Numbered from the whole stretch's first letter, positions 18,843-30,803 are shown. The stretch is 63,395 bases of DNA, filler included, from an uncultured Myxococcia bacterium (GCA_964617105.1; 15 parts of 15 records of this genome joined end to end with filler, not necessarily neighbours in it), one strand, 5' to 3'. Notes: generated by a model not told the origin, from the sequence alone. Numbers and translations are program-made.

Positions 18843-20969
18843 TTATTCTCTGGTAAGGGCTTCTTCGATGAGGGCTCCAATGTCGAGCACCAAGATGGTT
18901 TGGTGGTTGCCCAGATCGGTTGCCCCGGCGATTCCTTTAATAGTAGACAGAACCGGACCCAATGGTTTGATAACAATATCCTGTTGATCCAGCAGTTGAT
19001 CCACTATTATTCCCAGGCGGTTTTGGGCCAGACCCACTACAATAACAAAGAGTTTTTCATGGTATTCATTGGGAGAGTCTACATTAAACAGTTTTGATAA
19101 TCTCAAAAGTGGCAGAGTATCGCCTCTAAGTTGAATTACCTCTTTCTTTTCAATGGTTCTGATATCTTGGCTGTTGATAACAATAATTTCCAAAACCGAG
19201 TTCAATGATATGGCATATATATTGTGGCAGATTCTAATAATCAGTGCTTTTATTATAGCCAGGGTAATGGGTAGAGTCATGGTGATCTTGGTGCCTACCC
19301 CTTTATCAGACTGGATGTCGATAATACCGCTGAGATTGGAGATATTGGTTTTTACTACATCCATGCCCACCCCGCGGCCAGAAATTTCACTGATCTCTTG
19401 TTTGGTGGAAAACCCGGGCAGAAAGATGAAGTTGAATATTTCCCGTTTAGATAGTTCGGTTAATTTTTCCGGTTCGATAAGCCCTCGCTCAACTGCGATA
19501 TTACCAATTTTTTCATAATCCAGGCCGCTGCCGTCATCTTCAACTTCCATAATAACATGGTTACCTTTTTGATAGGCTCTGATCCAGACGTTGCCAGCTT
19601 CTTTTTTTTCATTTTCGACCCGTTTGGTAGGAATTTCAATACCGTGGTCAATACAATTGCGGATAATGTGCATCAAAGGATCGCTCAACTCCTCCACGAT
19701 TAATTTGTCTAGTTCAGTATCCGCACCAGTAATGTGGAAATTAATCTCTTTGCCCGCATCGCGGGATATTTTTCTGACCACCCGAGAGAGTTTATCGAAT
19801 ATTTGCCGCAACTGCACCATCCTGACTTCCATCACCCCATCCTGTAGTTCATCCAGTTTTCTGTCGAACTGCCGGCATTCTTTGTACAGATCAACTGCAA
19901 ATCCCTGGAAACCCTGTTCCATTTTCAGCAAATCGGAAATTCGTTACATATTGGTTTTAATCAGCACTAACTCCCCGACAATATTCATTAGATGGTCTAG
20001 TTTTTTTATGTCCACCCGCACGGTTTGGCTGACGCTTTTTAATGAACCATACCCCTCGGTCTTTTTGGCTCCAATGGGAGTAGAGGTTGGTTTGGGTATT
20101 GGTTCTGCCAAGGTGGCGGTTTTTTTCTCCACCGATATTTCGGCTACTGGAGGGCTGACCTCTTTAACTTCTTTAACTTCTTTTACTGGTTCTGGCTCCG
20201 CTTTGGGTTTGGCTTTCGTTTTTTGATTTATCTTGTTGAGCGAAATATGTTTATCGGTTATGGTTGATGAGATGGAGTCGAGTTCCTGTTCGCTTCCGAA
20301 AATGATATCGAATTCGATACCATTAACCTCTTCACTTTCTGAACTTGGTAAAGTGGTGATCACCTCGCCAAAGGGTTTTATTTTTGCGGTCAGATCAGCC
20401 AGGTCCTGGTCGAAACTCATAAGGTCGAAAAGAGTGTGCACCTTGTAGATATAGAGTCCCTGGTTGATATTTTCAATAAGCCGGTATTCTTCGTATTCGG
20501 TGAGAACATCTAAAATACCCTTGTCGATATCAATACTCTTGAGGGGATTATCGTCACTCTCTTGCTCTTTTTGGCTGCTGGCCTCTTCAATTTTAAATAG
20601 AATTTCCTCAATATTGATCCCTGGTCCATCCCCTCTTCTGGAGATATCCTCAATAATGGCGTTGAAGATTTCGATGCACTCAAACATGATATCTAGAATA
20701 TTTGCTTTTAATTTAACCTTGCCCAGCCTGAGGGCGTCCAGCAAATTTTCCATATTATGGCTCAGGGTACTCATCTTGGTGATGCCGAACATCCCTGATA
20801 GACCTTTTAAAGAGTGAGCACCTCGAAAAATATTGTTGAGGATTTCTGGATCAATTTTTCCCGAATTTATGCCGCTGTCCAATTCCAGCAGGTCGCTATT
20901 TAGCGAATCAATTATCTCTTGCGCCTCACCGAGAAATTCGTCTAAGGCTTTTTTCGACATATCGCTCAT
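18843..20969 (-). pseudogene. cheA: CheA kinase interrupted by one in-frame TAA at 19944-19946
   Basis: Hpt FRGAHSLKG; TVRVDIKKLDHLMNIVGELV; reads NM*RISDLLKME in one frame; HIIRNCIDHG, DDGSG, SGRGVGMDVV; C-terminal CheW domain. Confidence 0.88.
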
Positions 20970-21154
20970 ATATATTACCTGACCAAGATACTTGAAAAAG
21001 AAGTAAATAAAACAAAAATTTACCTTTAAAATAAATATTAATCAAGTTCTTTTTGTATGGTGATTACAATGTGGTGGCGCCACGGCATTTGCAATTCGGC
21101 GTAGTTCATCACCTGGCCCACCTGTAAAATCATGGAATAAATTCTAAAAAACAC

Positions 21155-21183
21155 TTGACATAATAGTTGGGATACCATATAAA
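21155..21183 (+). promoter_or_regulatory. Sigma70 promoter for tRNA-Ala
   Basis: TTGACA-17 bp-TATAAA, 14 nt before the tRNA. Confidence 0.7.
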
Positions 21184-21197
21184 TTATCTTCACTTAC

Positions 21198-21273
21198 GGG
21201 GCCGTAGCTCAGCTGGGAGAGCATATGACTGGCAGTCATAAGGTCAGGGGTTCGATCCCCCTCGGCTCCACCA
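21198..21273 (+). tRNA. tRNA-Ala (GGC)
   Basis: 76-nt cloverleaf, TATGA/TCATA anticodon stem with GGC, G3:U70 pair, GGTTCGATCC T-arm, encoded CCA. Confidence 0.98.
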
Positions 21274-21286
21274 GAAGGAAGTAGAG

Positions 21287-21323
21287 GGCTTAACATTTGT
21301 AAAAGTGTTAAGCCTTTTTTTTT
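21287..21323 (+). terminator. Intrinsic terminator after tRNA
   Basis: GGCTTAACATTT/AAGTGTTAAGCC stem followed by a T run. Confidence 0.8.
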
Positions 21324-21521
21324 AAGCGAGTTGTAATAGTGGCATCGAAATAATCTTAACATTAATGAGGTAATCCATGTCTTCGGAAAAGACAAGAATT
21401 GAAACCTTGCAGGAAATGAATNNNNNNNNNNNNNNNNNNNNNNNNNNNNNNNNNNNNNNNNNNNNTTAATTAATTAANNNNNNNNNNNNNNNNNNNNNNN
21501 NNNNNNNNNNNNNNNNNNNNN

Positions 21522-22396
21522 GTGAATTTCTTGCCAATCTTGGTGTCAACTATCTTGATATGTTCCAGCCAGATAAAGCACGGCAAATCTTAAGTAATTA
21601 TTTAAATAAAATAGAGCCCTTTATGGAGAGTGGCCTATTGGGTAGTAATATCACTATCAAAGTGAATGGCACAATAGGGCAAATAGAGATATATTTCGAC
21701 AATCCAGGCACAGGTATCGAAATCTTTAAACGCTCCCTGGGACAGGCATTACGAGATCCATCAAGCAGTGAAATTCCCCGCATTATGTGTTACCTGGGCG
21801 AAGGAGAGAGGAGAAATAGAGATTATCAGTCTGCTGAAAAAACTCTAAAAGCCGCCCTGGAGAAAAATCGGGAAAACATCCTCGGTAATTCCAAGCGTAT
21901 TATTGATGCTTCTTATATCCATTTAGCCCTGGCCAGAGTTTTTCTGGACATGAAAAAGCCATTAAACGCTCAAAAAGAGATAGAAAAAATAGGCAAACAG
22001 ATCATCGATAACCCAAACCCATATCCAGGCTGTCAGATAAAAATGGTTCTGCTCAGAGCGGCACTGGCTTTAACAAACCTTGAAGATGCCTGTAAAATAA
22101 GTGATGAATTACAACGAACAACAATAGAAAACCCAAAAACAGAGCCAATTATCAGGTTTTTAGCCAGCAGAAGCAACGTTGAAATATCTCTATATCATTT
22201 ACATAGAGATAAATCTAACCAAAAAATAAGAGAGAAATTAAATCAATCTATCCTTCAAATGTTCTCTCATCATATGCCAGCTCAAAAATATTACACCAAA
22301 GAACTAACAGAGATTTCAAATCTGATAAATACTGGGCAAGATATTGATGAAGTTATGAACAAGTTGCACCAACTGCTGGAGAGGATCCCTTATTGA
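21522..22396 (+). CDS. 5'-partial TPR-like helical protein
   Basis: Repeating LG.....G.Y..A helical pattern; open from contig edge. Confidence 0.55.
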
Positions 22397-23841
22397 GGTG
22401 AACTGTTTTCCATATCGATTATTTCATCCATGGTATTATAGTTTCCAAACAAATCTAGTTGGGGCTGAGGCGCCATATAAATATGGCTAGTATTTATTGA
22501 TGGGGGCGCAACTTGATAGTCACTGGTCAAAAGCCATTTTTTTATCTCTTTTTTGGTGGAACTCTTTACTTTTTGGTTGGATTTGCCACTAATTTCCTGG
22601 ATGACATATCTCTCTCCTCGAGGTGCTATTAAAAGAGTAGCCCGTTCAGGCGCTAAAATTCTATAAACATATCCAAACCCCCTGGCAATCATTGGAGCAT
22701 AAATGCCAACGCAATGATTTTGCTCGCACCCTTCATGGCCCAGTTCTTGTGGTGAGGTTATGGGAATAATATTTTGGTTACCCTGGATAGGAGGCGGCGG
22801 AAAAGTTAACTCTATAGATGTAGACTTTTTCATTACTTGCCGATTGGTTTCCCAAATTAGTTCCTGGTGGATAGAATTGAGGTGCTCTATGGAGCGATAA
22901 CAATATGTGTGTTTCTTTCCCAGACGCTCTAGCATAAACGCATTTTCAGCAATAAGCATCTGAGGATCGAGGTTATTTTTTTCCCATGTATCACTGCCGA
23001 TTTCTAGATAAAAAGAGTTTTTATGGAGTATGGGAGAGTTATTGGTGTCAAAGAAGCAGTTTATGTGGGGGGGAAAATGGTCGGTGCCGACCAAACAATT
23101 CAGCAAAGGGAGATTGATTGTTTGACAGTGCTGAAATAATTTAGTCATTCTATTGTTGCTAAAATTCTTTTGTTTTTGCAGCAGATTTCTAAGAGAGACT
23201 AGAATACTTGGCTTTAGAGCGCAAAAAGCGATTTTTTTAAAAATTTTGGTCCAAGTTTGTGTTTGGGGAAATCCCAAATAATGGAGAATTGCTTTTTGTT
23301 TTTTGCGGGCCCTGGACTCTATTGTGCGGTATGGATGAGTAGTCATCTGATTAAAAAACCGGAAATTAGCCAGACAAAATGCTAGGGCCGGGTTGGAAAT
23401 AAAAAGATCCCGGATAGACGGCGCTCTCAAATAAGCATTTAACAATTGCCAATGCATGTAGTTGTATCTTTTCACCAACTTTTTTGGTTTTGGCGGTATA
23501 GCAACAAAAAACTGGGAAATATCTTTGCGAAATTTCTTTCGGGTTTTGGTAAAGGTCTCATCTTCGACAATCCATAGAATGTCACATTTATTAAAAGGGT
23601 CATGCTTCCATGGTTCGACCTTCTTTTTGTTTATATTAATTATTGGGTGAAAACCATGCCAGGAGGAATGGCCTGCAAATCTTCGCCAAGCCTGTAGCCG
23701 CGGCCAGGAGGCAATTGATGCTATCCCATGATTTTTATTAAAAAACATTAATTTGTCATTCTTATAGACAATGTTGGTTTTATAGACAAGATCGGCCCAA
23801 TAACTATCTAGCATCTCTTTTTTTAACATTTCCCCCCTCAC
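22390..23841 (-). CDS. PcfJ-domain protein
   Basis: C-terminal PITSPQELGHEGCEQNHCVGIY...RATL...QEISGKSN motif. Confidence 0.75.
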   Translation of the reverse strand: MRGEMLKKEMLDSYWADLVYKTNIVYKNDKLMFFNKNHGIASIASWPRLQAWRRFAGHSSWHGFHPIININKKKVEPWKHDPFNKCDILWIVEDETFTKTRKKFRKDISQFFVAIPPKPKKLVKRYNYMHWQLLNAYLRAPSIRDLFISNPALAFCLANFRFFNQMTTHPYRTIESRARKKQKAILHYLGFPQTQTWTKIFKKIAFCALKPSILVSLRNLLQKQKNFSNNRMTKLFQHCQTINLPLLNCLVGTDHFPPHINCFFDTNNSPILHKNSFYLEIGSDTWEKNNLDPQMLIAENAFMLERLGKKHTYCYRSIEHLNSIHQELIWETNRQVMKKSTSIELTFPPPPIQGNQNIIPITSPQELGHEGCEQNHCVGIYAPMIARGFGYVYRILAPERATLLIAPRGERYVIQEISGKSNQKVKSSTKKEIKKWLLTSDYQVAPPSINTSHIYMAPQPQLDLFGNYNTMDEIIDMENSSPQ

Positions 23842-24509
23842 ATAGGAATATCATCTGGTCCGGGTTCATCTGAATCATCGGGGAAACAGTAGTCATAGTC
23901 ATCGGGCAATGACTCCAACTCTTTAGGGAATTGTGGCTCGTCAATTACTTTGAAAGCCATGGGTATTTCATTGAGTTTTATGAACATGATTAGTTCTTGA
24001 CCCTCAATCGGTCCTTGCAAAAAGATCACTTGATAATTTTTTATCACTTTTTTATTGGTCATACCTTCTCTGGATAACCAGTCCATCAACTCTATCATTG
24101 AACCATTGGCAAGACGAATCCTGGCAGCCATTTTAGTTATGTAAAAACCGTTTAGACGAGGAATTTTGGTTATTAAGGTAGATGTTTCAAGCCACTCAAT
24201 GATGTGCAGTTGATGGTTAATGTTGTTTGCCATTCTTTCCTCATCCTCTTTTTGGCTAGTTGTTTCAACTGGTCCCTCAGTGAAATAAAAGTTACCTTCC
24301 ATGAGGGCAGAGAATTCTTTAATTTGCCTGGGCAGATCTTCCAGGTCACAATCAAACTCTGCTATTTTTTCAACGGCATCACTTTCTTGACTTTCAAAGA
24401 AAGAATCTTCCGGACCTCCCAGGTAATTCTCCCAGTTGCCGGAATCCATATCATCAAAAGAGTTCCCCCAGTCTTCCTGATCAGAGCAGTATTTTTTTAT
24501 TGATCCCAT
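23838..24509 (-). CDS. Acidic hypothetical protein, translationally coupled to the PcfJ gene
   Basis: GGAGG RBS; ATGA overlap at 23838-23841. Confidence 0.7.
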   Translation of the reverse strand: MGSIKKYCSDQEDWGNSFDDMDSGNWENYLGGPEDSFFESQESDAVEKIAEFDCDLEDLPRQIKEFSALMEGNFYFTEGPVETTSQKEDEERMANNINHQLHIIEWLETSTLITKIPRLNGFYITKMAARIRLANGSMIELMDWLSREGMTNKKVIKNYQVIFLQGPIEGQELIMFIKLNEIPMAFKVIDEPQFPKELESLPDDYDYCFPDDSDEPGPDDIPM

Positions 24510-24627
24510 TGTCTTCCTCCCATTGAGCCTTGTCTTTAAAACAATCTTATGCTTATGTCTATTTAGATGGCATACAGGTAAAAGCGTTACAGATAATTGA
24601 AAAAAAAATTACTATAGTCAGAAAAAA

Positions 24628-25658
24628 CTATTCCCACTGAAACCACGATTTATTTTGCTGGTTTACTCGGTCAAAAAGGGCTAGAAGATTTTTATATGCT
24701 TTTTGCAAAACATAGGGATGCACCCTGGCGCGACGAGCCAGATCAACGGCCCTCAAAGCATAGTTAATTGGTTTGTCTACCGGCTCTCGAAGTATACTTT
24801 TTACTTCACTCAACCGCTCATTGAAAAATAGAATATCATCATAAAAGCGTTCCTGAATATATTGTTTCAAGTCTGGGTCACCTTCCACCAGTCTCATTTT
24901 CTCCTCTAATATACTAATTTTATCCTCCAGCCCCTGATGGACACAAAGTAGAAGTTGCCTGGAGGCTTCGATTAAAGATTCTTTCAACTTATCCGCTACC
25001 CGATATTCTTTAATAAAACTTATCAATCTTCCTGATTGAGATGCTGCAGCCACAGCGAGTACTCCGCCCATAACAACTCCTCCCGCCGCCCCAAACAACA
25101 ATATACCCAACCCTTCTCCTATCAATGCTCCTCCATAGCCCAGAGGCACCTTAAACAAAACATCGGAGCCCACATTGGCGAAAACATCACCCATTTTGAT
25201 TTCTTGATTCCACCAATCGCGACCATTCCTGGCTATACTGATGGCGGTAACGAAAAATGGTATCTCATAGTCAACAATCTCCTGACCAGCCTCCAGCGAT
25301 GTTTCAGTTATTTCCGATACAGTGTCTCTAGAGAATCCTTCCAGAAAAAAAACCTGATCTGCCCAATCGGCATTACTGTTAGTAACCTGCTCCACCAGTT
25401 CAGCATTGGTAATCACCGGAATATCCGGATATTTGCTGAAATGCTCACTTATTCCGGCCATGTCACCAAGACATTTGACCTGAAAAGGATAACCGTCAAC
25501 AATCAAATCAAATCCGGCTTGATTGGGATTGTCGGGAAAACTAACCTGGTATCCCTGTTCAACTAATTTTGCAGAGACATATTGCTCCGCTACATAACCC
25601 TGTAGATTTGCAAATGCACCAACTGCCGCCCCTTCACCCATATCGTCTAACTTTTGCG
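24628..25658 (-). CDS. 5'-partial protein with PD-(D/E)XK-like motif, glycine-rich membrane helices and coiled coil
   Basis: GYVAE...GFDLIVDG..FQVK; GYGGALIGEGLGILLFGAAGGVVMGG. Confidence 0.55.
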
Positions 25659-25758
25659 NNNNNNNNNNNNNNNNNNNNNNNNNNNNNNNNNNNNNNNNNN
25701 NNTTAATTAATTAANNNNNNNNNNNNNNNNNNNNNNNNNNNNNNNNNNNNNNNNNNNN

Positions 25759-28193
25759 AATTGCTTTTTCAAATCATGAGGATCGATGTAAATGGAATCT
25801 ACTACTGAATCAAGAGATTTTGGGATGCTGGATAACAATCTTGCTAAAGAACCGGGAGCACCAACATATGATTCCAAATTTCCTTCTGCATAGACTTCGC
25901 TTAAAAAGCGATGCAAAATATCGCCAGTAATTGGCTTTATTCCACCCCGATATTTTCCCAAAGTATCTTGCAGAGTAGACAATAAGCAGATAATGTTCCA
26001 GGTGCCTACTATTTCACTGTCGGAAAAATCAATATCGTAGTTAAATTTTGCGTCTCTATTGAATTCCACATAATCGGTAAGGAGTTGTTCCACATATTTT
26101 ATTTGGTCAACAGTGATTTCAACTGATTCAACGAATTGAGACATAATATCTTCATCGAAGACGATAACATCGAACTTATGGGCAAAATCCTTGACCTTGT
26201 GCAAATACATAGGCTGCTGGACGAAAAAATTACGGCGCTTGTCTTTAAATTGTTTCCAATATTCGCAGTCATCACGAAATTCACAGTGCATTTTGCAAAG
26301 ATGCTGATTTACATTCAGCCGATGACTACGCAACCTGCTGGCGACAGAAGAAAATTTACAATTAGCAGGAAGGACTGTTCCATCTTTTAATTTCACCTCC
26401 CCGTGCCGACCCTCGATTTTGCGCCAGATGAATTTTAGGTGATTGGGAATATTCTCATACATATCGTGCCGGGTAGCCACCCACAGGGTGCGCAGGTTCA
26501 TGTCAGCCAGGGTATTGAAAGTGGTTGTGGTCTTGCCGGAGCCGGCCGGGGCCTTGACTAAGAGGGGCGGTATGCGTTTTTCTTTGGTGTACTTGCCAGT
26601 CCGAACGTCAATTAGGTATCGGGTTATTTGGGCTGCTAAATCGCTTCGCAGGTCATCGACACTGTCAAATAAAGGGCCTTCGGCTGTAGGAGGGCTATGT
26701 AATTTAGTTTTTACTTTGTCAGGCTTTTCGCTTTGTATATTGCTTTGACTTTCGACTTTGTGCAACCTCCGCGAAGTCGCTGTTTCCCGGTATGATCTGA
26801 ATAATTCGCAGGTATCGTTGCAAACCAAGCCAAAATAACGGGAAATTCGACAATTAAAATGGTATTTTTCATGGCGAAAAACGGTTGTAACAGCCGTTTT
26901 TGTAGAGTTTTCAATATCAGATAAGGAAGAATGGGAAAACTGTACCAATTTTGTAAGAGCATGCCAGGTTAAAAATTGACAGGATTCATCCATATTTCTG
27001 CCAATCGCTTTCAGATAGGATGCCAGTAAAACAGTTACCTGGTTGCGGTTGGCTTTTTCAATATCCACTACTCCTATTTCCAGGGCCTGGGTGATGCAGG
27101 GAGGATGGTGCAATTTATCTATAGCCATAACCGGCTTAACAATAACCTTGCCGTTTTTGCCATTTTTTGTTTTACCCTTTGACTGCCTGGCAGCCTGCAG
27201 TTCACCGATATTTTTAGGCTTGACATTAAATTTAGGCCGGCTGCGAACATCCCTGGCTGCTAAAGCATATAGGCCAGATAAGTATTCACTATGCCCTGCG
27301 GGCATTTCAGGGAGAGAGCAGGGCGCCTGTGCTTTTGCGATGATATGCTTTTCGCCCTGGGCAAGATCATCCTCGGTTAAAATAACTTTGTAAAACCCGG
27401 TTTTCTGATGACGGGTATTGGGCAGCCGAAACTGCCGGCGGTTTGAGTAGATGGCCGGGTCGATAAATAATTGGCCGGTTTCCTCCTGGATCAACTCGGT
27501 GATCTTGCGGTTAATAAGGTGGTTGTCGTCCGATATGGTCTGGCTATAAACTGTATAAGGGATTACCAGGTGAAACCCCTTCGAACCGGAAAAGAAAACC
27601 TGGTGGGGGATATTATACTGCTTGCAAAAGTCTATCAGTTTGACCACATAGGGGATGGCACCGCTGATATTTTGTATCTCTTTGTCGTTGCCAACATCAA
27701 AATCAAAGGCTAAATCGACCCAGCAATTTTTGGGGATTTTTGCTTTTTCATCATCAATTAGAAGCGCTAATTCAGGAGCATATTGATGCAAACAGGAATT
27801 CGATTTTACTTGACGAAGTTTATGCTCCATCTCCATTACTTTGAGCCTTGAGGCAGCATAATTCAATGGATAGTGATTGAGCGTGGTGTAGATGTTGAAA
27901 GAAGAGAATATTTTAGCAAAAGATGCCAACACTTCAACGCTGTCTTCTATAACCAGCCATTTAACCCTATAGTCACTCTTGTAGTTTTTTTTAATATAGA
28001 TATCCGGTACAAAATATCCCATCGATAGTTTTGCTCTATGGCCAAATTCTCTGTCGCCAATAAATTTACCCAGATGCTTTTTAGCGTGGGTGTGCCACAC
28101 CTCCCGGATCATGGTATCAGGCGTCAATACTTTAAAATGGCTTAGCATCTCCTGAAAAATAGATGGCTTTTGTAAAAATTCTTCCAGATTCAT
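25759..28193 (-). CDS. AEP-type primase fused to Cys cluster and SF2-like helicase (3'-partial)
   Basis: FDFD, FSGSKGFH, FRLPNT; PPCI...RN; C-x8-C-x3-C; APAGSGKTT Walker A; VFDED Walker B. Confidence 0.82.
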
Positions 28194-28605
28194 AGTTTAT
28201 TTTTTGCCCCCTATTATAATTACCGGAGAGAGAAGATTGTTTCCTCAAATTCTGCCCATTTTTTTAGATGGTCATTAACAATCATTTTACGTTTACGTTG
28301 GCGACGTAATTTTTTTCTCCTCTGTATATATAAAGCAGGGGCAAAATCCAAAACCGGGACAACAATTTTTCAGAAAATTTCCAAATCGCATAAATAATTA
28401 GTTTTTTCACTGGGTTGCGTGTAAGTAAAAAATAGCGCCATCTCGTATATTACAACCACTTTTTTTCCAAACTCTATAAGTTGTTGATTTTTCATTGCTA
28501 TCAAATTTGTCAAAAAAGCACCCTTGACAACCACATATATGAGTGTTAATCTTCTATGCAACAGTTAACGAGTTTGCTTGGAACTCAACAACGAAAGGAG
28601 CCAAG

Positions 28606-28974
28606 ATGAGTAGTTTTGGGGATTACCTTCGGAAACGAAGGAAAGAGGAGGGATTCGGGCTCAGGGAACTGGCCAGAAAATGCGGTGTTTCGCCAGCCTA
28701 TCTTAGCAGGATGGAAAGTGGGGCGGAACCAAATCCACCCAGTGAAGCCTTGATTACCAAACTGGCTAACGTTCTTAGAGATGATTTCGATGTGATGATG
28801 AATGTAGCAGGCCGGGTGGCAGTAGATATCAGGGATTATATAACGGCTACACCAAATCTTGCAGACTTCCTGCGGCGGGCAAGAGACTCTGGTTTTCAGG
28901 AAAAAGATTTTGAATTTTTAAAAGGATTTATCAGATACACCAAGGATGAAAGTGACGATGCAGACAAAGATTGA
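28606..28974 (+). CDS. XRE-family HTH repressor
   Basis: FGDYLRKRR...LRELARKCGVSPAYLSRMESG; AAAGGAG RBS. Confidence 0.92.
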   Translation: MSSFGDYLRKRRKEEGFGLRELARKCGVSPAYLSRMESGAEPNPPSEALITKLANVLRDDFDVMMNVAGRVAVDIRDYITATPNLADFLRRARDSGFQEKDFEFLKGFIRYTKDESDDADKD

Positions 28975-29656
28975 AGTTCCATTTTTAAGTCCAAAAACCA
29001 TTAGTGTTGCAGTGACGAATTTTTTAAACGATTTTATCAGTTGGAATGGCAAACATATATTACCGCCAGTTCCGGTGGAAGATATACTGGAGAAATTTCT
29101 GGGTTTTACATTGGAAATACTTGATTTAAAAGAGTATACCGGCCAGGAAGATGTTTTAGGCGCTACCTGGGTGGATAGCCAGATAGTTCGGATAGAACAA
29201 GGACTTTTAGAAAAAGAAGGACGCTATGCATTTACTATCGCTCACGAGATTGGACACTGGGTGCTGCACAGGAAATATTTGCTGGCTGCCAGAGAGAAAG
29301 AGAATACCAAAACGCCACTTCATATCTCCCGAACAACGACAAAGAAGGAACCGATTGAGTGGCAGGCCGACAAATTCGCAGCCATGCTGCTAATGCCGGA
29401 AGACTTGATAAAACCAATCTTTTGTCGATTTCTGGAAGATAAAACCTCTAAACGAAAAGATTATGTGGAGGTTATCCAGGGCGAGGGCAATCTCGGCTCT
29501 TTGTTTTTACATGAATCAATTGCCAATGATTTAATAGGTGAACTAGGTTTTTCTAACTGTTCTTTCCAGGCAATGGAAATTAGGGTCAAAGAATTGAACC
29601 TGATACAATGCATAACCCTGGTTGATGATCAACTTAAACTTGATCTGGCTTTTTAA
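28958..29656 (+). CDS. ImmA/IrrE-family metallopeptidase
   Basis: RYAFTIAHEIGHWVLH and EWQADKFAAMLLMP; overlaps the XRE gene. Confidence 0.93.
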   Translation: MQTKIEVPFLSPKTISVAVTNFLNDFISWNGKHILPPVPVEDILEKFLGFTLEILDLKEYTGQEDVLGATWVDSQIVRIEQGLLEKEGRYAFTIAHEIGHWVLHRKYLLAAREKENTKTPLHISRTTTKKEPIEWQADKFAAMLLMPEDLIKPIFCRFLEDKTSKRKDYVEVIQGEGNLGSLFLHESIANDLIGELGFSNCSFQAMEIRVKELNLIQCITLVDDQLKLDLAF

Positions 29657-29755
29657 AAACGATTAAGATGATATTTTTTTATCTATAGTGTTTAGTGTTT
29701 TATTAACTGTTTGTTTTTACATAATTTTTACCACAGATAATTTGCAGGAGGTTTT

Positions 29756-29842
29756 ATGAGGCACAGACCGAACATTTTTTACTGCTCCGATTGTGGAGCA
29801 AAACTTGGCATCTACCATGATAATTGTATCAACATCCTATAG
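29756..29842 (+). CDS. 28-aa zinc-ribbon-like micro-ORF or truncated gene
   Basis: GGAGG RBS; MRHRPNIFYCSDCGAKLGIYHDNCINIL. Confidence 0.4.
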   Translation: MRHRPNIFYCSDCGAKLGIYHDNCINIL

Positions 29843-30074
29843 CGCTCACTTATTCTACCCAGGGTGTGCTCACTTAAATTCCCCATTTCATNNNNNNNNN
29901 NNNNNNNNNNNNNNNNNNNNNNNNNNNNNNNNNNNTTAATTAATTAANNNNNNNNNNNNNNNNNNNNNNNNNNNNNNNNNNNNNNNNNNNNCCGTAATCA
30001 CGCATAGTTACCTCCTGCCCTCCAACGACTTCTGCGACCTTTTTTTTCTATTCTTGTCAAATATCCTTCTCTTT

Positions 30075-30103
30075 TTGACAACAATTCTGCGTGGTGATAT
30101 ACT
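30075..30103 (+). promoter_or_regulatory. Sigma70 promoter of AbrB-doc module 1
   Basis: TTGACA-17 bp-TATACT; conserved in the paralog at 46862-46890. Confidence 0.78.
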
Positions 30104-30138
30104 GTAAGTACAATGAGGTAACCAAAAGGGGTGGTAAT

Positions 30139-30366
30139 ATGATTAAGCAACTTACAAAACATGGCAACAGTTATGCCCTGATTATTGAGCGTCCAATTAT
30201 GGAACTCCTTAAAATTGACCCCACCACACCACTGGAGATTTCCACCGACGGTGATTTGCTTATCCTCTCTCCGGTCCGTGATCAGGAACGCCAAGCATCT
30301 TTTAACTCGGCTCTTGAAAAAACAAACCGCCGCTATGGGAAAATGCTTAAACGACTTGCCAAATAG
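30139..30366 (+). CDS. AbrB/MazE-fold antitoxin of Doc
   Basis: MIKQLTKHGNSYALII...RYGKMLKRLAK; directly upstream of doc. Confidence 0.9.
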   Translation: MIKQLTKHGNSYALIIERPIMELLKIDPTTPLEISTDGDLLILSPVRDQERQASFNSALEKTNRRYGKMLKRLAK

Positions 30367-30375
30367 AAATTTATT

Positions 30376-30774
30376 ATGGACCCAATTTTTCTGAGCCTTA
30401 ACGAAATTATTGCCATCCACACCAATCAGTTGGAAAATTACGGCGGCACTGCTGGAATTCGAGATATGAACCTTTTGAACTCGGCTATCGCAATGCCTCT
30501 CTCTGGAATTGGAGTTACTTTTTTCCATAAAGACCTGTTTGAAATGGCGGCAGCCTATCTTTTTTATATTGTTAAAAATCATCCCTTTGTTGATGGCAAC
30601 AAAAGAGTTGGTGCTGTTGCCGCCATTATTTTTCTCGAGATGAACAATATCTCTATTGATGCTGAGGAAGATGAATTTTATCAACTGGTGGACAATCTGG
30701 CCGCAGGCAGTCAAGAAATTGATAAGCAAGTAATCGCTAGTTTTTTCCGCCACAATTCTGTTACCAGAGATTGA
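30376..30774 (+). CDS. doc: Doc (death-on-curing) Fic-family toxin
   Basis: YGG..GIRD..LL.SA and HPFVDGNKR motif. Confidence 0.95.
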   Translation: MDPIFLSLNEIIAIHTNQLENYGGTAGIRDMNLLNSAIAMPLSGIGVTFFHKDLFEMAAAYLFYIVKNHPFVDGNKRVGAVAAIIFLEMNNISIDAEEDEFYQLVDNLAAGSQEIDKQVIASFFRHNSVTRD

Positions 30775-30803
30775 ATGCGGCACCAGGTTTATCTTCTTCC
30801 TAA

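Noticed and set aside
19944-19946. Stop-codon reassignment to explain the cheA stop
   Set aside because: TAA ends many ordinary genes in the window and this is a single case
21144-21395. 83-aa ORF containing GAEGDRTPDL
   Set aside because: Antisense translation of tRNA-Ala
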